Source: Arenicellales bacterium
Lineage (GTDB): Bacteria > Pseudomonadota > Gammaproteobacteria > Arenicellales > JAJDZL01
Assembly: GCA_965200765.1 (NCBI GenBank)
Contig: OZ241380.1
Span: 1,170,417 to 1,234,416, forward strand
Reading direction: 5' to 3'
Length of the DNA stretch: 64,000 nucleotides
Made by a program: the position numbers and the translations under genes. Under the pieces are notes generated by a model. The model had not been told where the DNA came from, searched no databases, and was given only the letters and a program-made list of their open reading frames with translations. This document shows, piece after piece, positions 25,701 to 33,746 of the stretch; the stretch's first letter is position 1, and each line of letters begins with the position of its first letter.

Positions 25701-28464
25701 GAACCTGGCGTTCACGGTGACGCTGGATCCAGCGTCGTCGTCGCAGGTGACGGTGAATTATGCGGATACAGGCGGCGGGACGGCGACCTCGGGGACCGAC
25801 TACGCGGCGATCGGCGGAGGCACCCTGACGTTTTCCGCCGGAGAGACGAGAAAGACAATAGCGGTATCGGTGCGAGGGGACACGGCGGACGAGGCGGACG
25901 AAACGGTGGTGATTGCGCTGAGCAATGCGTCGGGTGCGAGCCTCGTGACGGCGCGCGGCACCGGCACGATCACGGACAACGAAGTGCCTGGCTTTTCGAT
26001 CGACTCGCCGAGCGCGGCGGAAGGCGACAGCGAGTCGACTAGTCTGACGTTCACGGTGACACTGAGTCCGGCGAGCTACAAGCAAGTGTCGGTGAACTAC
26101 GCCGATGCTGGAACCGGCACAGCGACGTCGGGGAGCGACTATGCGGCGATTGGCGGCACGCTGACATTTGCCGCCGGGGAGACCAGCAAGACGATTGCGG
26201 TGTCGGTGACGGATGATGCGCTGGACGAGCCGGACGAGACGGTGGTGATCACACTGAGCGGTGCATCGTCGGGCACGAGCATTGCGGCGGCCAGCGGCAC
26301 CGGCACGATCACGGACAACGACATACCTGGCTTTTCGATCGACTCGCCGAGCGTGGCGGAAGGCGACAGTGGATCGACCAGTCTGACGTTCACGGTTTCG
26401 CTGAGTCCGGCGAGCCATCAGCCGACAACGGTGAACTACGCCGATGCGGGCAGCGGGACGGCAACTTCGGGGACCGACTACGAGACCCTTGCCGGCGGTA
26501 CGTTGCGATTTGCCGCGGGAGAGTCCAGCAAGACGATTGCGGTGTCGGTGACCGGCGACGCGGAGTTCGAACCGGACGAGACGGTGGTGATCGCACTGAG
26601 CAATGCGACGTCGGACGCGAGCATCTCGACGGCGAGCGGCACCGGAACCATTGCGAACGATGACGACACGCCGGTCTTTTCGATCGACTCGCCGAGCGTG
26701 GAGGAGGGCGACACTGATTTGGTCAATCTGACCTTCACGGTGACGCTGACTCCGGCGAGCTACGAGCAGGCGACGGTGAATTATGCAGATGCAGGTACCG
26801 GCACTGCGGAAGCGGGCGAAGACTACAGGTCGATCGCCGGCGGCACGCTGACGTTCGCCGCCGGGGAGACCAGCAAGACGATTGATATATCTGTGATCGG
26901 CGATGTTCTGTCGGAGCAGGACGAGACGGTGGTGCTGGTGCTCAGCAACCCGAACCCGTCGTACACCATAGAGGAGGCCCGCGGCACGGGCACCATCACG
27001 GACAATGATGCGTCGGTGCTGGACGAGGTGGACATGGAGATTGTTGCGGAAGTGGCGCGCGAGGTTACCACCAGCGTGGTGACGGCGGTCAGCAACCGGA
27101 TTGCTTCAGTAGTTGGCGGCGCGGCGATAGCACCGCCGGTCGGTTTGCCGCCGACTGGCGGATTTGCGGACGGCGGCCTGCTTTCGATTCTGGAGCATTC
27201 TGCGCGGCACAGCCGCGAGCGGGAGCGCGGCCTGGAGCGTTCGGAGATGTCGCTGTACCGTTCGCTGGACGGCGCCAGCTTCGTCTACACGCCGAGCGTT
27301 GCCGCTCTGGGTGCGAATAGTTCGGCCGATGCGAGCGGCGGTGGACTTTCCGGCGGTCCGACAGTTTGGGGTTCGGTTGACTATCGAAAATTGTCCGGCG
27401 GCGGTGCGGATGCATTGCAGTGGGACGGCGAACTGGCCTCTGTCAATATTGGCACCGACACGATGGTCGATGCCGGTGTTCTGGTTGGTCTCGCGGCCGG
27501 AATGTCGAAAGGAAGCTTCGGCTATCAGGGCAGCACCGGCGGCACCAGCGGCGTGGTGAAGGTGCGCGTGAAATCGCTGAATCCCTACATTGGCTGGTCG
27601 GTGTCGGAATCGGCGAGCCTGTGGGCGGCGGTCGGCTACGGCAAGGGCAAGGTCAACTACAACGACGGTGCCACCGGAGAAGCCACCAGCAAGATGTCGA
27701 TCGCCAGCGCGGCGCTGGGCGGACGCTATCGGTTGCATTCGAGTGATGGTTCCTCGTGCAACTGCTTGATTCAGGTGGATCTGAAGGGAGATGCCTGGGG
27801 TCTGCAGACCAAGGTTGAAGGTGACGAGCGGCGTCCGATGGGGTCGAAGTCCCGGGCTCACGGGGTGCGCGTTGCGATTGAGAGGCTTCAAAGCAGTGCG
27901 CTTGAATCCGGCGCTTCGCTGACGCTGTCAGGCGAAGCCGGCTTGCGCTGGGACGGCGGCGACGGCGATACTGGCACTGGCATCGAGATGGGCGGCACAG
28001 CGGAATATCGCAACCCGGCAACCCGAATGAAATTGGTGGCGACAGGTCGCGCCTTGCTGGACCATGAAAGCGACCGGAAGGAGTGGGGCGCCGGCGTGAC
28101 GGCAGGGTACCGGCTCGATAGTCGTGAGACCGGACTGACCTACAGATCTTCCCTGTCGCACGGGCAACCGGAAAGCGGGGTTGATTCTCTCTGGGACAGC
28201 CGCGTTGCCAGTCGTGCCTCCGAAGACGGGGAGCTGACGACGCGCCTGGACGCGGAGGTCGGCTATCGATTGTTTGGAGCGAGCGGTCTGCACACGCCGT
28301 ACGTTGGATTCGGAATGGAAGAAGGCAGCAAGCGGGACTATCGCATCGGCATGCGCTATGCCAGCGAATCAGAGCTGTCTTCGGGCCTGGAATTCGAGCG
28401 ACGGGAAGCAGACGGCAAGCAACCCGACCACAGAGTCATGCTGACCGGGCAAATAATTTGGTAG
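22735..28464 (+). CDS. Calx-beta repeat adhesin-like protein with autotransporter-type C-terminal beta-barrel (1909 aa as tracked; the start codon is uncertain)
   Basis: Paralogue of 8119..22125. It has the signal peptide RQFALARYIASSLLVLTISVCMLSDADA|VN, a divergent head (about 22927-23274), 1 degenerate plus 10 canonical Calx-beta units, and a linker and barrel that by eye match gene 1 at roughly nine residues in ten, ending ..RVMLTGQIIW. The tracked start is a TTG directly after a TGA. Confidence 0.9.
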   Translation: MNQLLGFAVERDLLHWHIKIARGGGGKNTCIFESSVRQFALARYIASSLLVLTISVCMLSDADAVNLGFKSPYSGNSIFADQLAGGATFEIRDNSHGFDTPNLNNYRLQNAPSGLSISSVTVDASDDAHLTMSWTGTSRTVAMDTLVAIQVHRNGFISGSSLAAGWHDRGSFTINPTPKGLVTSTPTNSSTVTEAGTQSTFTVRLRAAPSANVTVAVSSGDTTEGSVSPNTLTFTTQNYGTAQTVTVTGADDNIQDGSVSWNVVLNPASSGDSTYNGLSNVNVAMTTSDDEGSPAFSIGSASVTEGDSGSANLTFTVSMSPESTSQYTVNYAQTGGTATSGTDYTAVTSSTLTFAAGVTTQTITVSVTGDAVAEGNETVVLTLSSASTGSTISTATGTGTIVDNDLTFSINSPSVVEGDSSSVNLVFTVTLSASSTSQHTVDYAQTGGTATSGTDYTAVTANTLTFTAGTTTQTITVSVTGDTVDEADETVVFTLSNATTGISTGSSIVTTASGTGTIRDDDPKFSIDSPTVTEGNSSSVNLVFTVTLSASSTSQLTVDYASSDGTATAGADYTAVSGTLTFAAGTTSRTFTVSVTGDTANEANETLTVTLSNPSAGTGIMTATGTGTITDNDTPGFSINSPSVAEGDSSTTSLTFTVSLNPAPAAAATVNWAVTGGTATSGTDFTATSGGMLSFAATETSKTFTVTVTGDTTHEADETVVVTLSSASTGTNIATATGTGTITNDDPGLSIDSPSVTEGDSDSVNLVFTVTMSPSSSSQVTVNYARSGGTATSGTDFTALAASTTLTFAANETSKTITVSVTGDTANEADETVIITLSSASGADIVTASGTGTITDNDTPNFTIDSPSVVEGDSGSVNLEFTVTLSPASYQPVTVDYAQTGGTATSGTDYTALAAGMLSFAAGDTSKTITVSVTGDTVYEASETVVLTLSNATAGTNIATASGTGTITNDDPGLSIDSPSVVEGDSGAVNLAFTVTLDPASSSQVTVNYADTGGGTATSGTDYAAIGGGTLTFSAGETRKTIAVSVRGDTADEADETVVIALSNASGASLVTARGTGTITDNEVPGFSIDSPSAAEGDSESTSLTFTVTLSPASYKQVSVNYADAGTGTATSGSDYAAIGGTLTFAAGETSKTIAVSVTDDALDEPDETVVITLSGASSGTSIAAASGTGTITDNDIPGFSIDSPSVAEGDSGSTSLTFTVSLSPASHQPTTVNYADAGSGTATSGTDYETLAGGTLRFAAGESSKTIAVSVTGDAEFEPDETVVIALSNATSDASISTASGTGTIANDDDTPVFSIDSPSVEEGDTDLVNLTFTVTLTPASYEQATVNYADAGTGTAEAGEDYRSIAGGTLTFAAGETSKTIDISVIGDVLSEQDETVVLVLSNPNPSYTIEEARGTGTITDNDASVLDEVDMEIVAEVAREVTTSVVTAVSNRIASVVGGAAIAPPVGLPPTGGFADGGLLSILEHSARHSRERERGLERSEMSLYRSLDGASFVYTPSVAALGANSSADASGGGLSGGPTVWGSVDYRKLSGGGADALQWDGELASVNIGTDTMVDAGVLVGLAAGMSKGSFGYQGSTGGTSGVVKVRVKSLNPYIGWSVSESASLWAAVGYGKGKVNYNDGATGEATSKMSIASAALGGRYRLHSSDGSSCNCLIQVDLKGDAWGLQTKVEGDERRPMGSKSRAHGVRVAIERLQSSALESGASLTLSGEAGLRWDGGDGDTGTGIEMGGTAEYRNPATRMKLVATGRALLDHESDRKEWGAGVTAGYRLDSRETGLTYRSSLSHGQPESGVDSLWDSRVASRASEDGELTTRLDAEVGYRLFGASGLHTPYVGFGMEEGSKRDYRIGMRYASESELSSGLEFERREADGKQPDHRVMLTGQIIW
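22799..22811 (+). repeat. homopolymeric G13 tract inside the 5' leader of giant gene 2
   Basis: 13 G, encoding RGGGG in the giant frame. The ATG leader frame from 22641 crosses it as EGGGGQ and stops at 22916. G12 or G15 would fuse the two. Confidence 0.85.
23620..27009 (+). repeat. array of 10 tandem Calx-beta-type coding repeats
   Basis: Same unit as in gene 1. Units 3-10 are collinear, unit for unit, with units 28-35 of gene 1. The marker strings appear in the same order: ..YASSDGTATAG.., ..NWA..GG.., LSID..NYARSGG..TDF.., ..SYQPVTVDYAQTGG..GMLSF.., ..NYAD.GGG.., ..SY[RK]QVSVNY..SGSDY.., ..SHQP.TV.Y..DYETLAGGTLRF.., ..EQATVNY..AEAGEDYRS... Confidence 0.9.
27361..28461 (+). other. autotransporter-type outer-membrane beta-barrel domain of giant protein 2
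   Basis: Collinear with 21022..22122, with few substitutions. Confidence 0.7.
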
Positions 28465-28573
28465 GCAGGAGAGAAGCAACGCAGAGACATCCAGCGCCGT
28501 TGCCAGCAACTTCCGTACACCGCGCACAGCTGTGCAGTTCGCATGTCCAGCACCTGCGGCAAACCTTTATGAT
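28465..28573. repeat. 109-bp IS1595-derived 3' tail, copy of 22126..22234; right edge of the GC-rich block
   Basis: gcaggagagaagcaacgcagagacatccagcg...cacctgcggcaaacctttatgat aligns with the 109 bp that follow gene 1. Homology ends at 28573, and AT-rich sequence follows. Confidence 0.8.
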
Positions 28574-28844
28574 AGTTAGAGGTATGTAAAAATTTTTTAT
28601 TTTCAGCAAGTTAGAGTGTATAATAAACTTCATTCATTTGATATATAATCAATATATTTCTTGCTTGACCGGAACAGTTGTGACAATTGGAAATTTGAAA
28701 TGGGCGAGCCACTGAACTCAGAGTCGCCTGTTGAATCACCGCCGTGCAACGGCCCGTATTGATTACTGGCAGCTCCCTTACATTCTCTAAATCACTCAGT
28801 TCTTCTTCACTCAAGTTTCCCCCAAAACTCTTCTAAAGTCATTG

Positions 28845-29369
28845 ATGGACAAGCAAAGCACTGAATTGTTCAATATAGTCAATGAACAGGACCAAGTGAT
28901 TGGTACCTTGCCCAGAGCAGTAGTTCATGCCAGAAATCTACTGCATCGTTCCGTGTACGGAATCGTAATCAACAGCTCGGGAGAAATTTTTCTGCAATTT
29001 CGCGCTGCATCAAAGGACTCAAGTCCGTGCAAGTGGGATTACTCTGTTTCTGGACATGTAGATGCCGGGGAAAACTACGAGCAGGCAATTGTGCGTGAAA
29101 CGAAGGAAGAGCTTGGGTTGACATTGAACGCAGTACCCCCGCGACTGTTCAAACTCGCGGCCAGCCCCGAATCAGAATACGAATTTAGCTGGATCTACAA
29201 AATACGCGACAACGGTCCCTTTGTGCTTGACCCGGAAGAAGCCAGCACGGGGCGTTGGTTTACAGTGGATGAGATCAACCAGGGTGTTCGCGAACGATCG
29301 CACGAATTCGCAACCAGTTTTATTCTTATTTGGAAGAAATTTATTTCGGATGGTTACATAAATGTCTAA
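28845..29369 (+). CDS. NUDIX hydrolase
   Basis: Nudix box GHVDAGENYEQAIVRETKEELGL (G-x5-E-x7-REUxEExGU). ATG at 28845 (the track starts at TTG 28842). Its stop overlaps the next gene's start. Confidence 0.8.
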   Translation: MDKQSTELFNIVNEQDQVIGTLPRAVVHARNLLHRSVYGIVINSSGEIFLQFRAASKDSSPCKWDYSVSGHVDAGENYEQAIVRETKEELGLTLNAVPPRLFKLAASPESEYEFSWIYKIRDNGPFVLDPEEASTGRWFTVDEINQGVRERSHEFATSFILIWKKFISDGYINV

Positions 29370-30099
29370 ACCTGTTATTGGTATTACAAGTGCACATCGC
29401 AATGATGAAAATCGTTTTTCTATGCACGCTGCATATGTTGAAGCTGTTGAAAGAGGAGGGGGTATTCCGGTCGCAATCACCACGCATGATACTGACCCAG
29501 GAAACTATGTGGACAAACTTGACGGATTTGTTTTCTCAGGTGGAGGTGATGTATGTCCGACCTTTTACGGTGGCAACGAAAATCACAAAGAGCTAGGATT
29601 TGTAAACAAGGAAAGAGACAAATTTGAAATTGCATTTGCAAAATTGCTGTTGAAACACAATCGACCACTGCTTGCGATTTGCCGGGGACTGCAGGTGGTT
29701 AATGTAGCAATGGGTGGCTCACTGCACGAGCATCTTCCCGAAGAATACGGGACCGAGGTATTGCACCGAGGACCCGACCGGGAGAAAATCAGCCACGATA
29801 TAGCAGTTGAACCTGAATCCAGATTGGCAAGCATACTTCAGGAAACTGAATTTAGTTGTCCTTCCTTTCACCATCAGAGTATCAAGGACTTGGCACCAGG
29901 ATTCAAAGTAGTTGCTACTGCTCCTGACGGAGTCATTGAAGCGGTAGAATCGCATTTGTATCCAAATCTGATTTCCCTACAGTGGCATCCTGAGTATTCA
30001 GCGGATACGGAAGTGGTTCATCAACGACCGTTTATCTATCTGGCGGAAATAGCCGCGTCGCGATCGTCCCAAGTTATGCCAGTTCGCGCTGTAGCATAG
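29362..30099 (+). CDS. gamma-glutamyl-gamma-aminobutyrate hydrolase family protein (peptidase C26, class I glutamine amidotransferase fold)
   Basis: VIGIT.., LLAICRGLQVVNVAMGGSL (nucleophile Cys) and SLQWHPE (catalytic His), as in PuuD-type enzymes. Confidence 0.8.
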   Translation: MSKPVIGITSAHRNDENRFSMHAAYVEAVERGGGIPVAITTHDTDPGNYVDKLDGFVFSGGGDVCPTFYGGNENHKELGFVNKERDKFEIAFAKLLLKHNRPLLAICRGLQVVNVAMGGSLHEHLPEEYGTEVLHRGPDREKISHDIAVEPESRLASILQETEFSCPSFHHQSIKDLAPGFKVVATAPDGVIEAVESHLYPNLISLQWHPEYSADTEVVHQRPFIYLAEIAASRSSQVMPVRAVA

Positions 30100-30266
30100 T
30101 TTGAAACTCCCTCAAAAAAACTTGTGCTTGGACTTGCTCGGGGCAGGTGTTCTTGCGCCTTGAAATCTGCTGTCTTCCAAGCAAGAATTTGAATAAAATA
30201 CAGGTATCACGAAACAGTTTGCTACGTCTGCAACTCTAACTTCAACGAAAATCGAGGTTACTTGGA

Positions 30267-31748
30267 ATGCCACAATTGAAGAACTACCAGATGCTGATTG
30301 ATGGCGAGTGGGTGGATGCCGCTGATGGCAAGTCTTTCACGAGTGTAAATCCCGCTACCGGTGACCCGTGGGCGAAGGTTCCGGAGGCAACTGCCGAAGA
30401 CGTAGACCGCGCGGTTCAAGCGGCGAACCGGGCGTTGAATCAGAAACCATGGGTTTCCATGTCGCCGACAGAGCGCGGACATTGCTTGCGCCGGCTAGCT
30501 GATCTGATGGTTCAGCATTCCGAAGACTTGGGGAGAACCGAGTGCCTGGATACTGGCAAGATGTTCAAGGAAACTCGCTGGCAAGCTAAATATGTTGCTG
30601 ATTTCTATTACTATTTCGCTGGATGTGCTGACAAGGTACACGGAGAGACGCTACCCATTGACAAACCCGACATGTTTGTCTTTACCAAGCGGGAACCAAT
30701 TGGCGTTGTCGCAGCAGTGGTGCCGTGGAACTCCCAGTTGTTTCTGAGCTCCATCAAGCTCGGCCCGGCGCTGGCTGCAGGGAATACGGTGGTGTTGAAA
30801 GTTTCAGAATGTGCACCTGCAACATTGCTGGAATTTGGCCATTTGATCGAACAGGCCGGATTTCCTCCCGGGGTTGTCAATATTATTACCGGACATGCCG
30901 AGCCTTGTGGCAAGTCGCTGACGTCTCATCCACTCGTCGGGCGTATTGCATTCACAGGGGGACCAGTAGCAGCACAACACATTGTGCATAATTCGGCTAA
31001 CAATTTTGCAGAATTGTCGCTGGAACTGGGTGGCAAGTCTCCGGTCATTGTGTTTGACGATGTAGATGTCGATAGTGCCGTCAACAATGCGCTTGGAGCA
31101 ATATTTGGTGCTTCAGGTCAAAGTTGTGTCGCCGGATCCCGTCTTTATGTGCAAGAAGGAATTGCTGATGAATTCATGTCCAAAATGGTTGAAGGGGCCG
31201 GCAAAATTCTAATCGGTGACCCGATGGTGGAAGAAACCCAGATGGGACCATTGTGCACCGTGGGTCAACTTGAAAAATGCAAGCAGGAAGTGGCTTTTGC
31301 CCAGGAAGAGGGCGGCAATCTTCTTTGCGGCGGGAAACAGCCGCAAGGATATGACGGTTATTTCTATGAACCGACAATTATTGATTGTCCGCGGCAAGAT
31401 ATGAGAATTGTTGATACGGAGCTTTTCGGGCCAGTCTTGAGTGTGTTGCGCTTCAAGGATGAAGATGAAGCCATTCATCTGGCAAATCAAACGAAATATG
31501 GCTTGGCCGCAGGCATTTTCACACGAGACGGTGCCCGCTCTTTGCGCGTGTCCGATCAGGTCAAGGCCGGAATTGTGTGGGTAAATACCTATCGTGCTGT
31601 TTCACCGATTGTTCCAGTTGGTGGCATGAAATATTCTGGCTACGGCAAGGAAAGCGGATTTCAGGCGATCTACGACTATACTCGTCCAAAGACCGTGTGG
31701 GTGAACACCTCCAGTGAACCTATGGGCAGTCAGTTTGTCGCTCGGTGA
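30267..31748 (+). CDS. NAD(P)-dependent aldehyde dehydrogenase
   Basis: 493 aa with VVPWNSQL, ELGGKSP, GQSCVAGSR (catalytic Cys) and EEPFGPV-like ELFGPVL motifs. Confidence 0.9.
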   Translation: MPQLKNYQMLIDGEWVDAADGKSFTSVNPATGDPWAKVPEATAEDVDRAVQAANRALNQKPWVSMSPTERGHCLRRLADLMVQHSEDLGRTECLDTGKMFKETRWQAKYVADFYYYFAGCADKVHGETLPIDKPDMFVFTKREPIGVVAAVVPWNSQLFLSSIKLGPALAAGNTVVLKVSECAPATLLEFGHLIEQAGFPPGVVNIITGHAEPCGKSLTSHPLVGRIAFTGGPVAAQHIVHNSANNFAELSLELGGKSPVIVFDDVDVDSAVNNALGAIFGASGQSCVAGSRLYVQEGIADEFMSKMVEGAGKILIGDPMVEETQMGPLCTVGQLEKCKQEVAFAQEEGGNLLCGGKQPQGYDGYFYEPTIIDCPRQDMRIVDTELFGPVLSVLRFKDEDEAIHLANQTKYGLAAGIFTRDGARSLRVSDQVKAGIVWVNTYRAVSPIVPVGGMKYSGYGKESGFQAIYDYTRPKTVWVNTSSEPMGSQFVAR

Positions 31749-31793
31749 CCGACAAATTTACAAACAACAACCGTCTCAACGAAAAATAAACGA

Positions 31794-32831
31794 ATGAAGT
31801 TTCAGCTTGTGATCAATCTGGAGCGTATGGACAACAGTGTCCCTGTGGAGAATGTTGTCCGACACACGCTTGAAATGGTGCAAATGGCGGACCGCGCCGG
31901 ATTCAATATTGTTTGGGCAGCGGAGCATCATGGATTGGAACTGACGATGGCCCCCAATCCATTTTTGATCTTGACTTGGCTGGCCAATCACACAGAAAAA
32001 ATTCGTTTGGGTACAGCGGTTGCTGTTGCAGCTTACTGGAATCCAATTAATTTGGCGGGTGAAGCGGCATTTACCGATTTGATCAGTGGTGGTCGCCTTG
32101 AATTTGGTATTGGGTCAGGTGCATATCAGCGAGAATTCGACCGCATGAAGCCGGGATTGAAGCAACCGGATGCTTACAAGTACATGCACGAGATGTTGCC
32201 AGCATTGAAGAAATTGTGGACCGGCGATTATGAACACAATGGAGAGTATTGGTCGTTTCCGACAACGACTTCTGTTCCCAAGCCAGTTCAGAAGCCACAT
32301 CCACCGATTTGGGTTGCTGCGCGTTCACCCATAACATTTGATTGGGCCATTGCAAACGATTGCAACATCATTGCATGGCCCATGACGCGCCCAGTTGCAG
32401 AAATTCAACTTTACAAGACTCAACTGGACGAGGCGATTGCGAAGCATGCGCCTCTCCGACCGCCTATTTTTGCAATTATGCGACACACTGCCTTGTACGA
32501 GGACAATGCCGGACGCACAGCTGTCATAGAAGCTGTTCAAAAAAGCATGGGTATGTTCGAAAATTTATTCCGAAATCTGGGGGATGTTGTTGAAGGTTTT
32601 CCAAAAGTCATTCCAGTGGAACAGCTTGCCGAGCGGGAACAGTACGATTCGAACATGCTTGAACAGAACTTGATGCTGGGTTCGCCTGACGATGTGATTG
32701 CAAAATTGAAGCAATACGAAGAAATCGGTGTAGATGAGTTTGTTTATATGGCAAGTATGGGGTTGGGGCAGAAGGAACAGAAAAAATCACTTGAGCTGTT
32801 CTGCCAAAATGTAATTCCGGCTTTTCGTTGA
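31794..32831 (+). CDS. LLM-class (luciferase-like) flavin-dependent oxidoreductase
   Basis: MKFQLVINLER...ADRAGFNIVWAAEHHG...IRLGTAV...GGRLEFGIGSG is the typical LLM N-terminal half. 345 aa. Confidence 0.8.
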   Translation: MKFQLVINLERMDNSVPVENVVRHTLEMVQMADRAGFNIVWAAEHHGLELTMAPNPFLILTWLANHTEKIRLGTAVAVAAYWNPINLAGEAAFTDLISGGRLEFGIGSGAYQREFDRMKPGLKQPDAYKYMHEMLPALKKLWTGDYEHNGEYWSFPTTTSVPKPVQKPHPPIWVAARSPITFDWAIANDCNIIAWPMTRPVAEIQLYKTQLDEAIAKHAPLRPPIFAIMRHTALYEDNAGRTAVIEAVQKSMGMFENLFRNLGDVVEGFPKVIPVEQLAEREQYDSNMLEQNLMLGSPDDVIAKLKQYEEIGVDEFVYMASMGLGQKEQKKSLELFCQNVIPAFR

Positions 32832-32948
32832 GCGGACTTGTATATTGGTACGATTTTTTTGTTTGAATTTTGTTTGTTCAAGTCTTGTGTTGACAACGCC
32901 AAGTTGTGTCGTCATTGAGACATTGCCTGATACGGGTAGCGCGGTTTG

Positions 32949-33746
32949 ATGATGCCCAGGTCAAGTAATGGTACTTCCTACAACTTGATTGGAAGGGCAA
33001 ACGCTGATAGTGTAGTCCTGATTCATGGACTCGGTGCCAATCAATGCATGTGGCAGGATTTTTTGCCGGAATTGTCGAAACAGTATCAAGTCTTGACGTA
33101 TGATTTGTATGGGCATGGTGAAAGCGTTGCACCGCCGAAAACACCGTCCCTGAAGTTGTTTGCGACTCAGCTCAGGAAATTACTGACTGAACTAGGTATT
33201 AATCGCTGTAGCATTGTCGGTTTTTCACTTGGCGGGATGATCAATCGCAGGTTTGCTATGGATTATCCGGATATGGTGTCTGGACTGGTGATCCTGAATT
33301 CTTCCCATGAGCGGGACCCGGAGGAACAGAAAATCATTGAAGAGCGAGTTGCCCAGACCTCTGCCGGTGGGCCCGCAGGCACTCTGGAGACCTCCATGAA
33401 AAGATGGTTCACCCCTGAATTCCTGGCGGCAAATTCCGAAATTGTCAAGAATATGCGTAGTTGGATACTGAGCAATGACCCGGATACCTATACACAATGT
33501 CGTATAGTGCTGGCCCATGGTGTAAAGGAGTTGATTCGACCTAGCCCACCCATTGAGTGTCCTGCACTAGTGATGACTTGCGAAAATGATAGCGGTAGTA
33601 CGCCATCCATGACATATGGAATTGCATCTGAAATTTCAGGTGCAACAGCGATTGTAGTACCGCATCTTCAACATGTTGGATTGATGGAGCGACCTTCTGA
33701 ATTTCTGAAGCCGATTCTGTCATTTCTGGAGGAGATTTCCGAATGA
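32949..33746 (+). CDS. alpha/beta-fold hydrolase
   Basis: VVLIHGLGAN...YDLYGHGES...IVGFSLGGMI (nucleophile elbow G-x-S-x-G) and a C-terminal H in VVPHLQHV. ATG at 32949. Confidence 0.8.
   Translation: MMPRSSNGTSYNLIGRANADSVVLIHGLGANQCMWQDFLPELSKQYQVLTYDLYGHGESVAPPKTPSLKLFATQLRKLLTELGINRCSIVGFSLGGMINRRFAMDYPDMVSGLVILNSSHERDPEEQKIIEERVAQTSAGGPAGTLETSMKRWFTPEFLAANSEIVKNMRSWILSNDPDTYTQCRIVLAHGVKELIRPSPPIECPALVMTCENDSGSTPSMTYGIASEISGATAIVVPHLQHVGLMERPSEFLKPILSFLEEISE

Noticed and set aside
8872-27009. The regular 333-345-bp periodicity, together with the 11-bp array at 5459-5636, could be CRISPR arrays.
   Set aside because: There are no unique spacers between repeats in either case. The long-period repeats are in-frame protein-coding domains, and the 11-bp units are contiguous. 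No cas genes are present.
8439-28293. Dozens of minus-strand and off-frame ORFs lie inside the giant genes. Examples are 11224..13353 (709 aa), 13987..15027, 18970..20082, 23539..24876, 25489..26418, and the periodic 84-111-aa 'MNVRFTEPLSPSVTLGESIEN' series.
   Set aside because: They are antisense or alternative frames of a GC-rich repetitive gene. The peptides are Arg/Pro-rich and low-complexity, and they repeat with the same 333-339-bp period as the sense-strand Calx-beta units. The sense frame is uninterrupted for 14 kb and 5.7 kb.
5317-28573. The block could be a classical tRNA-integrated genomic island or prophage.
   Set aside because: I found no integrase, no phage structural genes, and no duplicated tRNA 3' end at the distal border. 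I describe it only as a compositionally foreign, IS-bounded block.
28611-28814. A 67-aa minus-strand ORF in the AT-rich gap before the NUDIX gene.
   Set aside because: It has no RBS and no recognisable motif, and it lies in a probable promoter region (extended -10-like TGTATAAT at about 28614-28622 on the + strand). It is not supported as a gene.
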